Assembly: GCA_973895155.1 (NCBI GenBank) | Contig: OZ316898.1 | Coordinates: 9,473,079 to 9,537,078, forward strand | Origin: Marsupella aquatica | Taxonomy: Eukaryota > Plantae > Marchantiophyta | Length of the DNA: 64,000 bases | Reading direction: 5' to 3' | In this document: positions 11,701 to 23,989 of the stretch, in pieces | How the letters are laid out: each line of letters starts with the position of its first letter | Position numbering within the stretch: the stretch's first letter is position 1 | Notes under the pieces: model-generated | What the model was told of the DNA's origin: nothing | Seen by the model: the letters and a program-made list of their open reading frames with translations, nothing else | Database searches by the model: none | Translations under genes and position numbers: made by a program

Positions 11701-14700
11701 TGAAACGTCAAGCGGAGTTTTGCCGTTTCTGGAAGACCTTTTGATCAAAGCTTTGGCACATGAACACAGGTAACTCATAGTTCGTGAGGCTACTTATAAG
11801 AATTTCATGGTTTCTAGGGGTTTGAGTGCCCATGTATTTCCTTCTCGTAGTCACTTCTTCTTGCATGGATGAATCCTCGGCTTCATATTCTACCAGCTCA
11901 GCTCTGCTCTGCTCCTAGTGGTAGTCTTATTGGATATGTTCTCCCGGGTTTCTTAACAGAGTACGTCAAAGAGGTCAAAAAGGGGCGAAAGTTGTTGTTA
12001 GCAAGCTGGGCAAACTGCTGAAGACTTTCCCTGGAGCACTCAATGCTACCGGCTGTTCCCCTTCATCAGGTGAGGACCTCTTGCAAAATTTGGGTCCTTT
12101 GTTGCGAGATTTGTGGGATTCTCAAGGTTTCCTGATTCCTATAGTAATTGCAAATTGTCAAAAAGAATTTTCAATAGTTCCAACGCATTGAGTCCTCGTG
12201 GAAAGTATTGCATAACCTATGTCCAATAATAATACGAAAGATACTAATAATTCTAATTATAATGCAGACAGCAAGAATCAGTGATACTGGGGTTTCCAGC
12301 TTGGAGTTCTCATATGCGATCTGTATGGTTATTTTTTGCGCAGGAAAAATGGTCACTTCTATATCAGATTTCCCTGGTGCAACCCTCTTGTGTTTCTCAT
12401 TACCTGCTCCCGAAAAGACAGATAGAGTCTCCAAGGTCGAACATCAGAGGGTAATCCAACCAGCCCTGCTTCAAGCAATCACAAAGAGTACAGTTTGCTA
12501 GGATATCAAAATTTATTTCTCCATACCTTTTGATGCCTTTTTGTCCCCATAATGGTAATTTGCTATACTTACTTCCTCTTAAGTCGTCATACACTATTGT
12601 TTTCAGGGACCACCCTGGAGCACAAAAGCAATGTGAATTCTTATCGTTAGCTGAGGTCTTGATGTGACTTTTGAATCATTGACCGTACAGTTTCCCATTG
12701 AATATAGCATTGCCTTCATCTTGTGTAGCATGACAGGCCAATGTACATCAGTCCTTATATGCTGATATTTGCCTCTCACACAGCGTTTGCATTGGTCACG
12801 TGGGCAATCTTTAACAATTACTGATTTGTTTAGTTATTTTTATGCTTTGTTTGATTCCACTTTGAAAATTGTCATGTAGCTGGAAACATTCATGTAACCA
12901 GATCTTTCCTCTCCACAGCTTGTGAAGATGTGGCAATCCAATTACGAGAAGATTTTTCTGGAAGTGGCAGATCAACTTCACTTTGGCAGAAACTTGGTTG
13001 TTGCCATGCTTTCTCTGCAGTCATGGTGCTCCTTTGTTTCTACCTGGCTTGATGCCATATTCACAAAATATGAAGCTGATAGTCCAAATCTTAACCACAA
13101 TGAGAATTTGCTCAAAGCGGCAAAATACTTGTCACAGGTTTTTTTCCTCACTTTCTTTGCCTGTTCTGGTTCTCAGAACTGTGTGGAGTTATCTTGCAGT
13201 GAACATCTGTTTGCTTTCATAAACACTCTTACTGGCTGGGATGCTCTTAATCATAATCCTCTGGGCTCGGGTGAATCAGATCATGAAGAGAAGTTGTGAG
13301 GATGGCATCCCTCGGGTGGCTGAAAGTGCAACACTTGCTCTCGCTGCTCTGTGCAAGGTGATAATGCAATTAATATTCTATCTCTAATTACTTTATTTAC
13401 GCTCGGTGGGCTTCTCAATGAGCTTGCTTTGAATTCATTATCCTCTTTTCTCAGTTTTAGAAACGTGCAGGTCATGCCCACACAAGCTCATGGGATTTCT
13501 CAAGACATTTCGATGTTTCTAGAGCTGCGCTTATTACAAGAAGGTCATGAATACATGCAATGGTCCTCAACACTTGCACTGGGGGTAGTAGCGACCTGCT
13601 TGCATGAAACTGATTGGAGCCGCAAGCACAGTATTGTTCAGCTTCTCTTGAAGGTCAGATGGATGCATATCCCGTTTGCATACCTCCTCTCATTGTCTTA
13701 CTTCAAAGTAGAGATACTTGGCATGCTCAAGCAGGCATAATCCAAAAGAGAAGGGAGTTTAGTTGAAGTTATCTGATTGCGATAACTACGGCGAGGTGAT
13801 TTTATGCTGGGTAATTTCCGCGCACTACAGTAGGCGCCTCATATTTATATGCTTATGAATACTCTAGATGGATGGATGTAAGTACTTAAAGTCTTCCAAC
13901 TGCAGCACGCAGGTACAAGTGATCGTGGTATTGTCAGAGGTGCATGTGGACTTGCATTAGGAATAATAAGTCAAAGCCTTTTGAGGCAAGAAAGCAGCTT
14001 TCAATCTGCAGGATCAGCCAGGAAAAGAGAGATAGAGTTACTGGTGCAGATCATCCTAAGCTTGATACAACTTACGTCCAAAGCAAGCCCTACAGCTGCC
14101 CCGGCATTAGGAAAGTTTTTAGGATTGTTACGGACTGAAGTCATTGCTAGTGAAAGAGTAACAGCAAACCCTCTGCCGCAAGAAGGGCCAAAACTTGAAG
14201 AAGAGTCCTTCTGGGCCGTGGTTGGACTAGTGTGGGGTCTTGGAAGTTCTGTGACTGGACTCTATCACCTTCACTGTGCAACATTGGTCTCAGCACTCAC
14301 AGATTTGCTGATTTCTTGGGTTTCTGGGTATTCTGAGGGACGTAAAGATTCCACCGATGGCAAAACGAAGTCGGATGTTTCAGAATATTTTCTAGCAGCA
14401 GGCGCCTGCCTGGCCTTGCCAACGTGTGTGGAGGTTTCTGCAAGGTTAGAGCTACTCACTCAAGGGGTGACTGTGTTACTGGAGAATGCCATTTCTCTCA
14501 TCGTGAATGCCGTAGATCCAGGCAACTCTAGTGGCATGGAGCACTGGAGGTCCTCACTTTTTTGTTCCCTCTATGTCGGTTCCGGAAACCTTTTAGCTGC
14601 TGCTCTTCATGATGGTGCCCAGTCTATCCATCTAGAACTGGTTCATAAATTATTGGAATACATGGAAGCTGGGTTGGAAAGGTCAGATCATAAAGGCTGG

Positions 14701-17700
14701 GGTCAACTAGGTGCATTGATTGGGATTGCAAATTCCTTTGGAGCAGGTGCTGGTTTATTAATGCCTGGAAACCTCGGTTCAAATCTGGCAGAATTGTGTA
14801 TGTTGGCCAGAGTCCAGGTGGGTGGGTAACTTCACCCAGTACCCTACAACTTCCCTACTTTTGTGCTAACGCTTACTCAGAGGGGTATTTTAAAAGTCGT
14901 TGCTGTTGCTGTAAAATCTGAAGAAACTTTGAACCTACTTTTTTACTATTACCTTTCTGGTATCAATATTATGCAACGACAACAAACATGTCACATTCGG
15001 AAGTTGTATGATCGAATTGATTTCTCGTTGAAGGCAACTTTCTAGATTGCATTCCGAAGGGACAAGTGGTTCCGTCCGGTTCCGCCACCACCCACTAATG
15101 TTCAGAGATAATTGGCAGGTTGGAGGAACAGAACAATCAATTATAAGCAGGCCCTTGCTTCATGAAGCAACTTGCGAGGAGTATGTGTCAGTTATCATAA
15201 AAAAGATTCTTGGAGTCGTTCGGAATGAGCAGGACTCTCAGTTGAAGGGTTACGCAGGGTGGTCTCTTGCTTTTATACACAATGGCTTTTTCGGTGATAG
15301 TGAAGTTGAACGCAAGCAGGAAGAATTTTTGAAGGATGGTGTCGTGTCCTCCAACCAAGCCAAGTTACCGTCCAAGCAATCTGGATATCATATGAGGACT
15401 TTGCAGGACTATCCTGACGAGAGTCCATTGAGAAAACTTTGTACAATGCTCATGACTCACAAACAAATGGACGTAAGTGTTAAAAACTATTATCAAAAAG
15501 AGTTCATGGGCAGAATGTGTTTCTTAGGTTTGGAATAGGTCTGCAAGTGTATTCAGGCACATACAAGAAATTCCGTAGATCAGAATACATCTGAATTGCG
15601 GCAGGAGTATTGGGGCCCCAAGCATCCGGTCCTACAGTTAGCTGCTTGGACAGGAATTTACATTTCTTCTTAGAGAAACAAGAATTCTAGCAAAAAGCGC
15701 TTGGTTTCGATTCTTTTTCTATAAGAAAAATCATCTGTAAGTTTTTGTTGATCCAACCGGTTTAGACCAGGTCAAGTGTCATGGTTTGTCATTGAACTAA
15801 TAGATCAATTGTCTCCCTCCCAGATGGTGGCTTCAGTGTTTAGATGCCTGGAAAAGGCTCCTCGGCTGCCAGCATTGGATTGGGGTGGCATTGTTCGGCG
15901 GGAAATGAGGCAAAACCGGCCCTCTTTGAAAGGCCCGCCAGAACTAGATCAGGTCGGGCCACCAGCCGTTCTGAGGGAGTCGAAGTTCAGTGCTGCTCAA
16001 AAAGAGGTGCGGCAGCAATGTGTGCTATTTGCACTCGCACATTCTGGACAAATCCCAGCGTTGGCAAGCTTTCTTGATGAACTTTGTGAGCTGTCCAGGT
16101 TGGGAACCTTGGAAGCTTCCCTCAGAAATCTACTTATGCGCAACATATTCTACCTCCAGCAAATTTTCTCACCTTTACGTCTAAAGCAATTGCTTCAAGA
16201 TGTTCAGGAGTATGCAGTGAATCCCACTGGGTTAGCAGGCTTTTTAGTGGAGGACCACATGGAACTTGAGTCTCAAAGAAGTTCATTCCGAGTGAGCCTT
16301 TGGAATGGTTTAGCATTGTTCTTTGAAGACTTCAACTCTGGACAACCGGACGAATCGGATAGCGTGATATCATTGATGCAGAAATGCATGATGGTGTTGA
16401 TAACCCTACTTCCACGCTCGATATGGAGAAATAATAGAAGCCAAGCTGAGGATGATGTAGATGAACGAAGTGAAGTTGCTGAGGAGTGGTCTGCAGCTAT
16501 CACTGCCCTGGCTAACACACCGAAGACATGGCTGATGCAAGCCCTTGAGGTAATCTACCGTTCCCATTTTATGTGAACTTTTATGAGCAAAAAGTCGGTT
16601 TCTTTAGTTCTGAGTGCTACAAGGAATAATTTTTTTTTCTGAGGGGAAAAATATGTGGGATTAAAGAGCTCTATTCTCCTGCTTTGCCTTTTTATCTTTT
16701 CCTTTTACGATATTTACTGCGTCTTCGTACAGCACTTCTGCAAGAGAGGTGACGAACTGGTAGGCATCACTTATTGGGCCACTCTGGGCTGATCCTGTAG
16801 ATTCTTGTACACTTTCTTTGTACTGAGTCGGCTTTTATTTGAAGCGCTGCGATTGTCCACGTCTCCAGGACAATGCCGGCTTTAGTTGAAAGACTTTGAT
16901 TAGCCGCTAGCAATAAAATAGGTTCAGTCTCCCCTCAAGTAATTATTTACTTCATGTCTACAACAAAACGAGCTACCTGTAATCCCAGGCTCCAGTCTCA
17001 ATTTCAAATCAGGAATGAACCTGCCGCAGATATCGCTTTTCAATCGATGGTGGACAAGCTTGATAAAGCATCGGTCGTTGGTTCACAAAGTCGAGTGCGA
17101 TAAAGCAGTACAATAGGCTTGGATTTCTTGTCACCAGCTCTATGTTGCTTGCTTCTACAATACTACCGTGGTTATGTTGTCGTCATTGAATTTGTGTCAA
17201 ATTGGGCAGGTACAAGTAACCGAAGAACCTGACACGCAGGAGAGATTTGACAGCTCCTCAAGGGCAGTTTTTGGTAGGTCCCAGTTACTTGGTATTGGGT
17301 GCCTCTCTATCACTGAGCTGAAGATATGCCGCCGATGGCTTCTCAGTCATCGGCCATCCGGTACGAGCTATTTCTTTCGAGCCTTTTAAATACTGCCCTT
17401 TTACTGAGTTGAACATTCGTCGAATGATTCCATAACCTTTTCCATCGTGCGTACTGATCTCAAGTGCTTATTATACACGCTGCATTAGCAGGGTAGTAGC
17501 CAGAAAACATGGTCAAGCAAGACGAATAATGCTTTATTTCATACTGACGTTGGGGTGGTATGCTAGATGTGAGGAGGTTGCTAGTAGAAGTGGTGTGGGC
17601 ATTGAAGGACGCAAATTTGGAAGATAGGCGAGAGTGGTTGCTGGATTCTTTGGACACTGCTTTCATCTCTCCCTTTCCAACAACGGTATGCCTTCGCTGT

Positions 17701-18274
17701 CTCCCCGCTTCGGAAGTGATGTTGTTATTCACCTTAATAAGATACCTCTGGGCGATGAAAATTGCGATGCTTGCAACGAAAAATTCACTTGCATGCTGTG
17801 GCAGAAAGTCTTCAGTGCATACATGTTTTCTGGTTAGCTTGATAAATGGCTTTGCTTTGTGACGGTCTAACCAAGCATTTGCTTTCGCGCGTTCCTCCAC
17901 AGGCAATCGTTCTGGCAGCGCTTCTGACAAGTTCTTGGAGTATAATGTCTCCTCTTTTGCCTTTGAATCCAATATCTGCTGTTCAAGACCTTCCACTTAC
18001 ACTCCTAGCTGCCCTTTCCAAAGACGGATGGGCCTCCACAGATGTTGATTCAGTGGCGATCAAATTGACCCTATTGGTAGAAAGGATGCAAGAGTGCTCT
18101 ACTGAGGGTGACGATCAACTTCGGGAACCCATGCTATCCGTCGACGGAGTGTCTCTATCCGAGCTGTTATCCGTACTCAGGAGGACTTGCGTAGGGCTCA
18201 CACAGTTTCTTCCACCAGACTCGAAGTATCATTTAGTATACTCTAATTTGTCTGAGATCGAAGGCTTCTCTTGA
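2739..18274 (+). CDS. RST1: RST1 (RESURRECTION1)/focadhesin-like ARM-repeat protein, multi-exon
   Basis: N-terminus MAGAQGDPYSPFVEKLQLPHPLVQRFAVNAIFERLKS and internal motifs (IRLLCKTWELSDRAF, DPDRGVDLVLSVQACIE, DFYTAW, APRLPALDWGGIVRREM) match plant RST1. Approximate GT-AG exons: 2739-3167, 3814-4089, 4355-4438, 4748-5015, 7247-7770, 8575-8737, 9051-9265, 9550-9650, 10086-10161, 10334-10465, 10835-10916, 11116-11188, 11321-11492, ~11639-11769, ~11960-12069, ~12343-12450, ~12919-13137, ~13277-13357, 13471-13653, ~13906-14817, ~15119-15472, ~15803-16549, ~17210-17360, ~17546-17684, ~17872-18274. Phases checked for the first 13 exons. Confidence 0.92.
5693..6946 (-). CDS. CD2BP2/LIN1/Snu40-like U5 snRNP-associated protein with plant-type C-terminal OCRE-like domain, nested in RST1 intron 4
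   Basis: 417-aa uninterrupted ORF. Family motifs IEPFNLKQEREEGYFDADGNYV, DAWLESV, LQPGESVLRALRRL; tyrosine-repeat C-terminus GYVLDESSGYYYNSELGYYYDVTSGLY. Confidence 0.9.
   Translation of the reverse strand: MEMEMEMPTAPSQRKRVRFSYSDDDSDAEEAPRAKKARFPKGKKDTGKTLSVIDGEEDAAVILSTDPRVAALERATRRDKISEQLLAEDTAVPDDVAIAEEDYGEEDEERLEDGMRIEPFNLKQEREEGYFDADGNYVEYRNEDDTKDAWLESVEVDTRFASKAAARSLEEDSEGDKGLSKREIADTQRRIAQSLQPGESVLRALRRLKAVAKAEGGKNGRMEGDTKVVFDQLTEDAMKLLDNGDYNIYEEKKETLQREVEGYEAILGFQTGRGNDAGPSSAGGGSSDMFSDTQDDAVEQEGVSSIGLGLPPRPDVKGNGSNLDIFGDEDNSGVGNLGDNGQTGSGKAWAQQGNPTTAVGEIPLEGSGYVLDESSGYYYNSELGYYYDVTSGLYCSASTHQWYKFDEDQNTYVEVTS
7429..7676 (+). repeat. 48-bp coding minisatellite (~5.2 copies) inside RST1 exon 5
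   Basis: GAGGATTGGAAA unit starts at 7429, 7477, 7525, 7573, 7621 and partially 7669; encodes EDWKDE(K/T)KLGSGRRRE in the RST1 frame. Confidence 0.93.
7750..8285. repeat. ~130-bp degenerate tandem repeat (~4 copies) containing the RST1 exon-5 splice donor
   Basis: AATGTGGTCAAAGGTAA at 7758, 8021 and 8152, degenerate at ~7878; followed by CTGT(A/G)CACTA(C/G)AC.ATTC and CACTTACAGTAAG. Confidence 0.8.
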
Positions 18275-20053
18275 TGTCCACTTGTGTGAAATTTTTCCAA
18301 ATGTTTTTAATTAAGACATTCGAGGTCCCAGTCAAATGTCGATCTTGCCAGTGAGACTTTGTTGTGGGCTGGAGATCTCCCCCTTTGACAGTACCTTAAG
18401 CAAGACCAACGGAGTTGTGCCAAATTGATGTTGTCGGTGTTGCACTACATTTTTAGTAGATTCAACGAGCTTAGAACAGCATCGAGTCAAACATCACCTG
18501 CAAAAAACGCTTCATTTCACTAAAAAAGAGTTACGTTCTTCGTTCAAAAGACTCCAGTCCACCTAGTTTAACTAAGCGAACGGCATCACAAGGAAAATCA
18601 ATCGCTTCAGAAAACTATGGTTGATGCTCTACTTTCACTCAATCAGATCAGAAAACTATGATAGCCGTCCTGCTTCACTCACATCAGGGAACAACGTTGA
18701 GCCCCACTTTCACTCAGTCCCAAGAAAAGCTCTTCCACAACGAGAAGTCTCCGGTTATTCCAATGCGGGGCACTCCCCTCAGTGCTGCTTACTCTGGATA
18801 GCTATTTCCGGAGTACAGTCGTAGCTCTGCAGTCAGCTTGGATGCAATTTGAAGATCTAGGAAAAGTGAGCGAATAGTTTGATAATGAAGGCAACCCTGA
18901 TGAAACCTTGATGGAATCCCTCAGTTTCTTCTAAATTTAACTGAACCACTCCGGCTTACATTCTTTCGTCACCTTGTCTCCGGAGGGAACGAGGCTTCTG
19001 GAAGCCTATCGTCGGTATGACTCATGGTTACAAAGAAAATAGAATAGCAGGCAGAAATGAGGTCACGCTTAATGTGATCATCACCTCCTTGCACACCCGT
19101 ATCTTATCCTCATTATTCCATCAACGTCCTTGCACATCCGTATCTCATTCTCATTATTCCATCAAGGTCTATCACAGTTGCTCTTCACTATCAAGTTGTT
19201 CACTTACTCTTCACTATCATGTTGTTTGCTCAAGCTTCTGACGATGCCTGTAGTATCTAGGGCCTTCTTGGCTTCTCTTCCAATCACTTCCAATGATACA
19301 ACATGAAGACCTGTGCAAAAATAGACCCCTAATTTATGGAAGCATCCAACAGCACACCAACAGAACTAGAAAACACATCAAGAAACGAGCAACAATCCTA
19401 CCTGCATTAATTCACAGAACCCAAAAGAAAAGGTTCACAGAAATCTAATAACCTTTGAGTTTCGATGCAGAATTGAAAATGTTTTTGAGCGCACGTAGAA
19501 CCCAAAACAAGTGTTCAGTCAGCTTGACATTCTTGATAGTTCTTTTCAGAACAGATACAGGATGGCGTCAGTGGTGCACTGCAGAGGCTGACATGATCCG
19601 CTACCATGCTGCCTCCTACCCGTTGGGCTCGCATTCTTCCCCAACAACCTCACAACGCGGCGTGGGCTGGAGTCCTGCTGTCCAGGAAGATAGAGCAAAT
19701 GGGCATATGTAAGGTTGTTGGGAAAGGATGTGAGCCCATCAGAGAATGCTGTGTTCACCACCAATACCACAGGTCACTCACCTGCAGCGAACTCCGATCA
19801 ACTTGAGATCCTCATGTTCTTGAGACAGTAGCCAAGTACCATTATACTTTGTAGGGCATGTTGAAGATTGCTGTGCACACGCAAATGATCGTGGCTTCCT
19901 TTAACCACAGGGGACGGATGTTCTCAATGATCATTGGGAGGAAGAAAGTCCTCAGCTTGGCATTCAGGACGACGTCGACGAGTTTAGGTGAGAGAATGTG
20001 TCAATGAGTGACCCACTTCTCCAACGTTCAGGCAATGGTCATGAAGGCTCGAA

Positions 20054-21460
20054 TCACCTGAGGAGAAACATCAAAATTCCTCCAGCCACAGCAACATTCA
20101 AAGACTCGAAATTACCGGGCATGGGAATCCCAATGGAAACACAATCCCTCGTTACATGCTGGGACAACCCTTGCCCCTCGCTACCCAGCACCAAGCACAG
20201 CCCCTGTCCATCATCCACAGAAACTTTAAACTTATCCTCCACATCGCTTCGACAGAGTAAGCTGGTATTGGCAGAAGATCCTTTCTCCAGTGCTTCTGGA
20301 TCACCGGCAAACAGCTTCAGCTCGTTGGCAATGGCAAACTCTCGCACATGCTCCCATTCTCCAACTCCAATGGGCAATCGAAAGCTGGCTCCCCGAGAGG
20401 CACGAAGAGCCTTGTCGTTGAACGGATCGCAGCATCCATGGAGGAGAAAAACTCCATCCCAAGCAAAAGCAGCGGCAGTGCGCAGGAGAGTTCCCAAATT
20501 GCCAGGATCCTGAATCGAATCCAGCACCAGGATCCGCCTCGGTGAACCACACCACTTCCTCATCTTCACATGAGCAGGGGCAGAATCATCCAGGCACGCT
20601 TCCAAGGCAACGAAAGTCGCGGGGAACGGTAAAACCCCCGCAACCTCAGGTGGGGAGTCGAGTCCCGAAAGCTTGCTCATAGCATCCGAGCTCACTCGGA
20701 CGATCCGCCGGGCAACCTTCACCAACTTTTCCGGACTCTCCGCGTCCTCCCTAACAAGCAGAACATCGACGAGAAGAGGAGTGACATCCCGCTCCACCAT
20801 CACAACCGATTCAAAGATCTCCCTCAGAGGAATTGTTCCCACCACGAGGACGGACTCCGTTGCGCTGCGGGTTTTAGGGTTCTGCCGGAGCCGGACTAGA
20901 TGCTTCACATACGCGTTGGCAGGGCTAGAGATGTAATCCACGGAAACCGGCAATTTCACGACATCCTTCTCCTTCTTCTCCTTCCTCCCCTTCTCTCGCT
21001 GTGAAAATGCAACATCAGCAGCGGCCACAGCAGCAACATTGAGTCCTCTACCCTCTCCGCGGTATCGTCCCGCAATTGCTCTTCGATCCACACCAACACC
21101 GAGATCGTAGAAAGACGCTGGAATCAGATCAGTGTGGCCATTCCCGACAATTTCGTTCCCCACTGTTCTGATTCGAGCTAGAATCGGACTGGAGTGGGCG
21201 AATCGAGAGAGTCCATTTCCCACGACTTCATTCTCTTCTGTTCTGGTTCGAGACAGAATCGGACTGGAGCGACAGAATCGGAAGAGTCCCGGATTCCCCA
21301 GGAGTTGAATCTCGACTGCTCTACTCTGCCGATGAGGGGTTTCGTCCTGTCTTGAAAAGAGGAGAGTGCTCGTCGTGCTGCTGCCATCGCCCCTCCAGCC
21401 GAGAAACTGCTGCTGGGCGGAAGAAACGCACGGCGTGGCGGTGGTGCCGTGGAGCGCCAT
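20054..21460 (-). CDS. SpoU/TrmH-family RNA 2'-O-methyltransferase with N-terminal organellar-targeting-like extension
   Basis: Motifs ISSPANAYVKHL, LVLDSIQDPGNLGTLLRTA, LVLGSEGQGL, IPMPGNFESLNVAVAGGILM; first ATG at 21460; CDS has no introns. Confidence 0.92.
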   Translation of the reverse strand: MALHGTTATPCVSSAQQQFLGWRGDGSSTTSTLLFSRQDETPHRQSRAVEIQLLGNPGLFRFCRSSPILSRTRTEENEVVGNGLSRFAHSSPILARIRTVGNEIVGNGHTDLIPASFYDLGVGVDRRAIAGRYRGEGRGLNVAAVAAADVAFSQREKGRKEKKEKDVVKLPVSVDYISSPANAYVKHLVRLRQNPKTRSATESVLVVGTIPLREIFESVVMVERDVTPLLVDVLLVREDAESPEKLVKVARRIVRVSSDAMSKLSGLDSPPEVAGVLPFPATFVALEACLDDSAPAHVKMRKWCGSPRRILVLDSIQDPGNLGTLLRTAAAFAWDGVFLLHGCCDPFNDKALRASRGASFRLPIGVGEWEHVREFAIANELKLFAGDPEALEKGSSANTSLLCRSDVEDKFKVSVDDGQGLCLVLGSEGQGLSQHVTRDCVSIGIPMPGNFESLNVAVAGGILMFLLR

Positions 21461-21793
21461 AGCCAGGATTGGATTTGTTCGGTTCAGTACCCAGCTCTTC
21501 AGGGTGATGACGGCAAACCGGTGCCGTGCTTCGAAAGATCGGGAATGACTCGAGTTATTGCAATAATGGGGTGCAAAGTGGTGAAAACGCACTAGAGTGT
21601 AATGAGAGAATATTTGGTAAAAATGCGCGAGTAAGTTAGGTTTTTTTTAATTCAACGCCGACTACCTTAAAGAAAGTGAACGTGAGGAAGAAAATAAAAA
21701 TGTCACCAAAATATGGTCATAATTCATATTCTTTTGCAAGTTAATGAAATGATAAAATTATTTTCATATAGGTAATCATGTTAATAATAATAT

Positions 21794-22139
21794 TGTTAGA
21801 TATTGCTCTTAGTTTTGTTGATTCATGAGCTAACTACAATTAATCTAATTCGGGTTAGGACTTAGTTAATGTTAACGGTAATGTTATTGTGTATATAGCC
21901 AAGGCTGACGTCAGACCCTAGTGAAACTTAGGCTCATTGTTACGGAGCTAGTTGAGAGATAGGAAGAACTTGTGCTATGGATACTTGGTATGGCCGGTCG
22001 ACCTAGAGTGCAGTAAAGCTCTTGTGTGTTCCCGTGGACATAGCCTCATGTGGAGGTGAACCACGTATCTCTCTGTGTCGACTCTTGTGTGTTGGATGGT
22101 TCATGGGCTTGCTGTTACGAATGTCATCTATGCTCAACA
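21794..22139 (+). repeat. Copia 5' LTR (346 bp)
   Basis: TGTTAGATATTGCTC...TGCTCAACA; colinear with 26894-27534 once the 295-bp insertion is removed. Confidence 0.95.
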
Positions 22140-22141
22140 AG

Positions 22142-22152
22142 TGGTATCAGAG
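22142..22152 (+). promoter_or_regulatory. Primer-binding site (tRNA-iMet)
   Basis: TGGTATCAGAG 2 nt after the 5' LTR. Confidence 0.9.
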
Positions 22153-23989
22153 TATGTTTGGGAGGTGACGAGGTTTTTTCGTGACAGGTTTTTCCAGCGT
22201 TCATTGTCGATGATACATTCAGAGTTTCGTCGCATGAAACTCGAATGTGTGTGATTGTACGGATAGGTTAGTGAGAGGGCTTTCTAACGGTGGTTAGAAC
22301 TCGCTGATCGGTATCCGTGGTGCGGAGGAATCAAAGTTTGCGTCATTCAGGGTTTTATTCGTATTCGACGGCTTTTCGGGGGAGAGACCAGAGTTTGCAT
22401 TTTTCAACGGTGTGAGCTGTGCGGTGTGGGAGGGATCGCACATTATAGCTCAAGTTGAAGGTTGAAGCGAGCTGGTCGTTTCGGTAGTTGGATTGCTGCC
22501 GAGGTGTTACCGAGTGAGACGTGACGAGTGACGGAGGCGTTCAGGTTTTTTCACAAGCTATGGAGCTTGTTCACATCTGAATCGGGTTTCTCTTCGTGAC
22601 GTCCGACTCGGTGGAAGTAATGCGAAGTGCTTCGGCTCAACGGTTTGATTGCGGCGAGGCAGTTGTTTTGAGCCCGAGATTGGCACTTGACGCGGAGTGA
22701 AGGCGACGCGGCGGAAATTTTCTACTCTGCTGGAGTTGCAGACTGTGCCAGTGAAATTCAACCACTTTTTCCGTTGACGGCGTTCACTTTTCTCATTGGA
22801 AACATCTGCTTTTCAAGTGAGTTTTTCATTAATTTTTTTGGGGGGAGTTTTTTGAGTTTAAGGGGGTTTGTAACCCCTTGTGTGTGTACAAACACACGAC
22901 CCTCCCACCCTATGTACTCGCACATACACGCCCCCCTCTTGTTTTTTCCCCCTTCCCCCTCCCGCACCCCAATTTTTGTTTTTTCGCCCCCTGCACAGCG
23001 TCGGCCAATGCGAAAGCAGCCGCCTGGCTGCTGCTGCCCCTCTCCTTCGCCCCTCCTTCGCCCGACGCCTAGTGCTCGCGTGCGGTCGACCCTGGGACCC
23101 CCGCAACGAGCACCCGACCCCCCCTTTGTACACATTTTGCGACCGGGCCCTGCTGTCGGTTGCAAACTCCTCCCCTGCCCCTTTTTTGCATTTACGCCCG
23201 TATCCGCCCGTGCGTACCCTGGCCACACTCGCGCATACCTTGTATCTTGCCTGGCCCGTTTTTGGACGTATTTTGTGCTTCAGGGGCGTTAGCACCCCTT
23301 TAGGGCCTTTTTTAGCCATTTTTTCCCTTCTCCTTTGTTCTCCTTGTGCCGGGACCTGCCGCCCTCCATTTTAACAGCTCCGACAGGGGGAACGGCCCCC
23401 TGTGAGACCTGTCGGACTGTGCAAGAATATTCCCGAAAAATAGAGAGCTATTTTTTGAGTGTCCGACAAAGATTCAGTCCGCCGAACGGTAACTTTTTTG
23501 GTTCTTTTTTGGCGAGGACGTTGCCACTGGAGTTAGCAACGCGGCGCACCAATCACATCGCGATTCCGACAATGGGTTGTACTGGATATTTTGGTTATTC
23601 TCCGAGGTGGTCAAAACGGGGGAGTTTCCCAAGGTTTTACCCACCCCGACCAAAATTTGAATAACTTTTCCATCAAATTTTGATTTTGATTTTGGCTTTC
23701 AGTATTGGACTCCTAGCTTTGTGGGCTATGCGGCGGTGTTGAGTTTTGAGTTTTATGAGAAGTTTTGAAAAAAGATGTTTTTTTGTGATTGTTTCATATG
23801 AGTGACTCGGAGAATACTGGAAGAATTGGCATGGGTGGAGCTTCAGGATCGCGATGGTCAGATGGAGAGTCTGAGGAGCTGCTACCGTTTGAGGAGGAAC
23901 TAGTGTCACCGGTACGATCATCGGTGCGGCGTGCAGTGGAGAAAGCTGTATTACTACCAGAGCTATCGGTAGTAGGGAAGAAGAGGGAG

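Noticed and set aside
22687-23664. 150-200-aa ORFs in the copia leader
   Set aside because: GC-rich low-complexity non-coding leader; no domain motifs and non-ATG starts.
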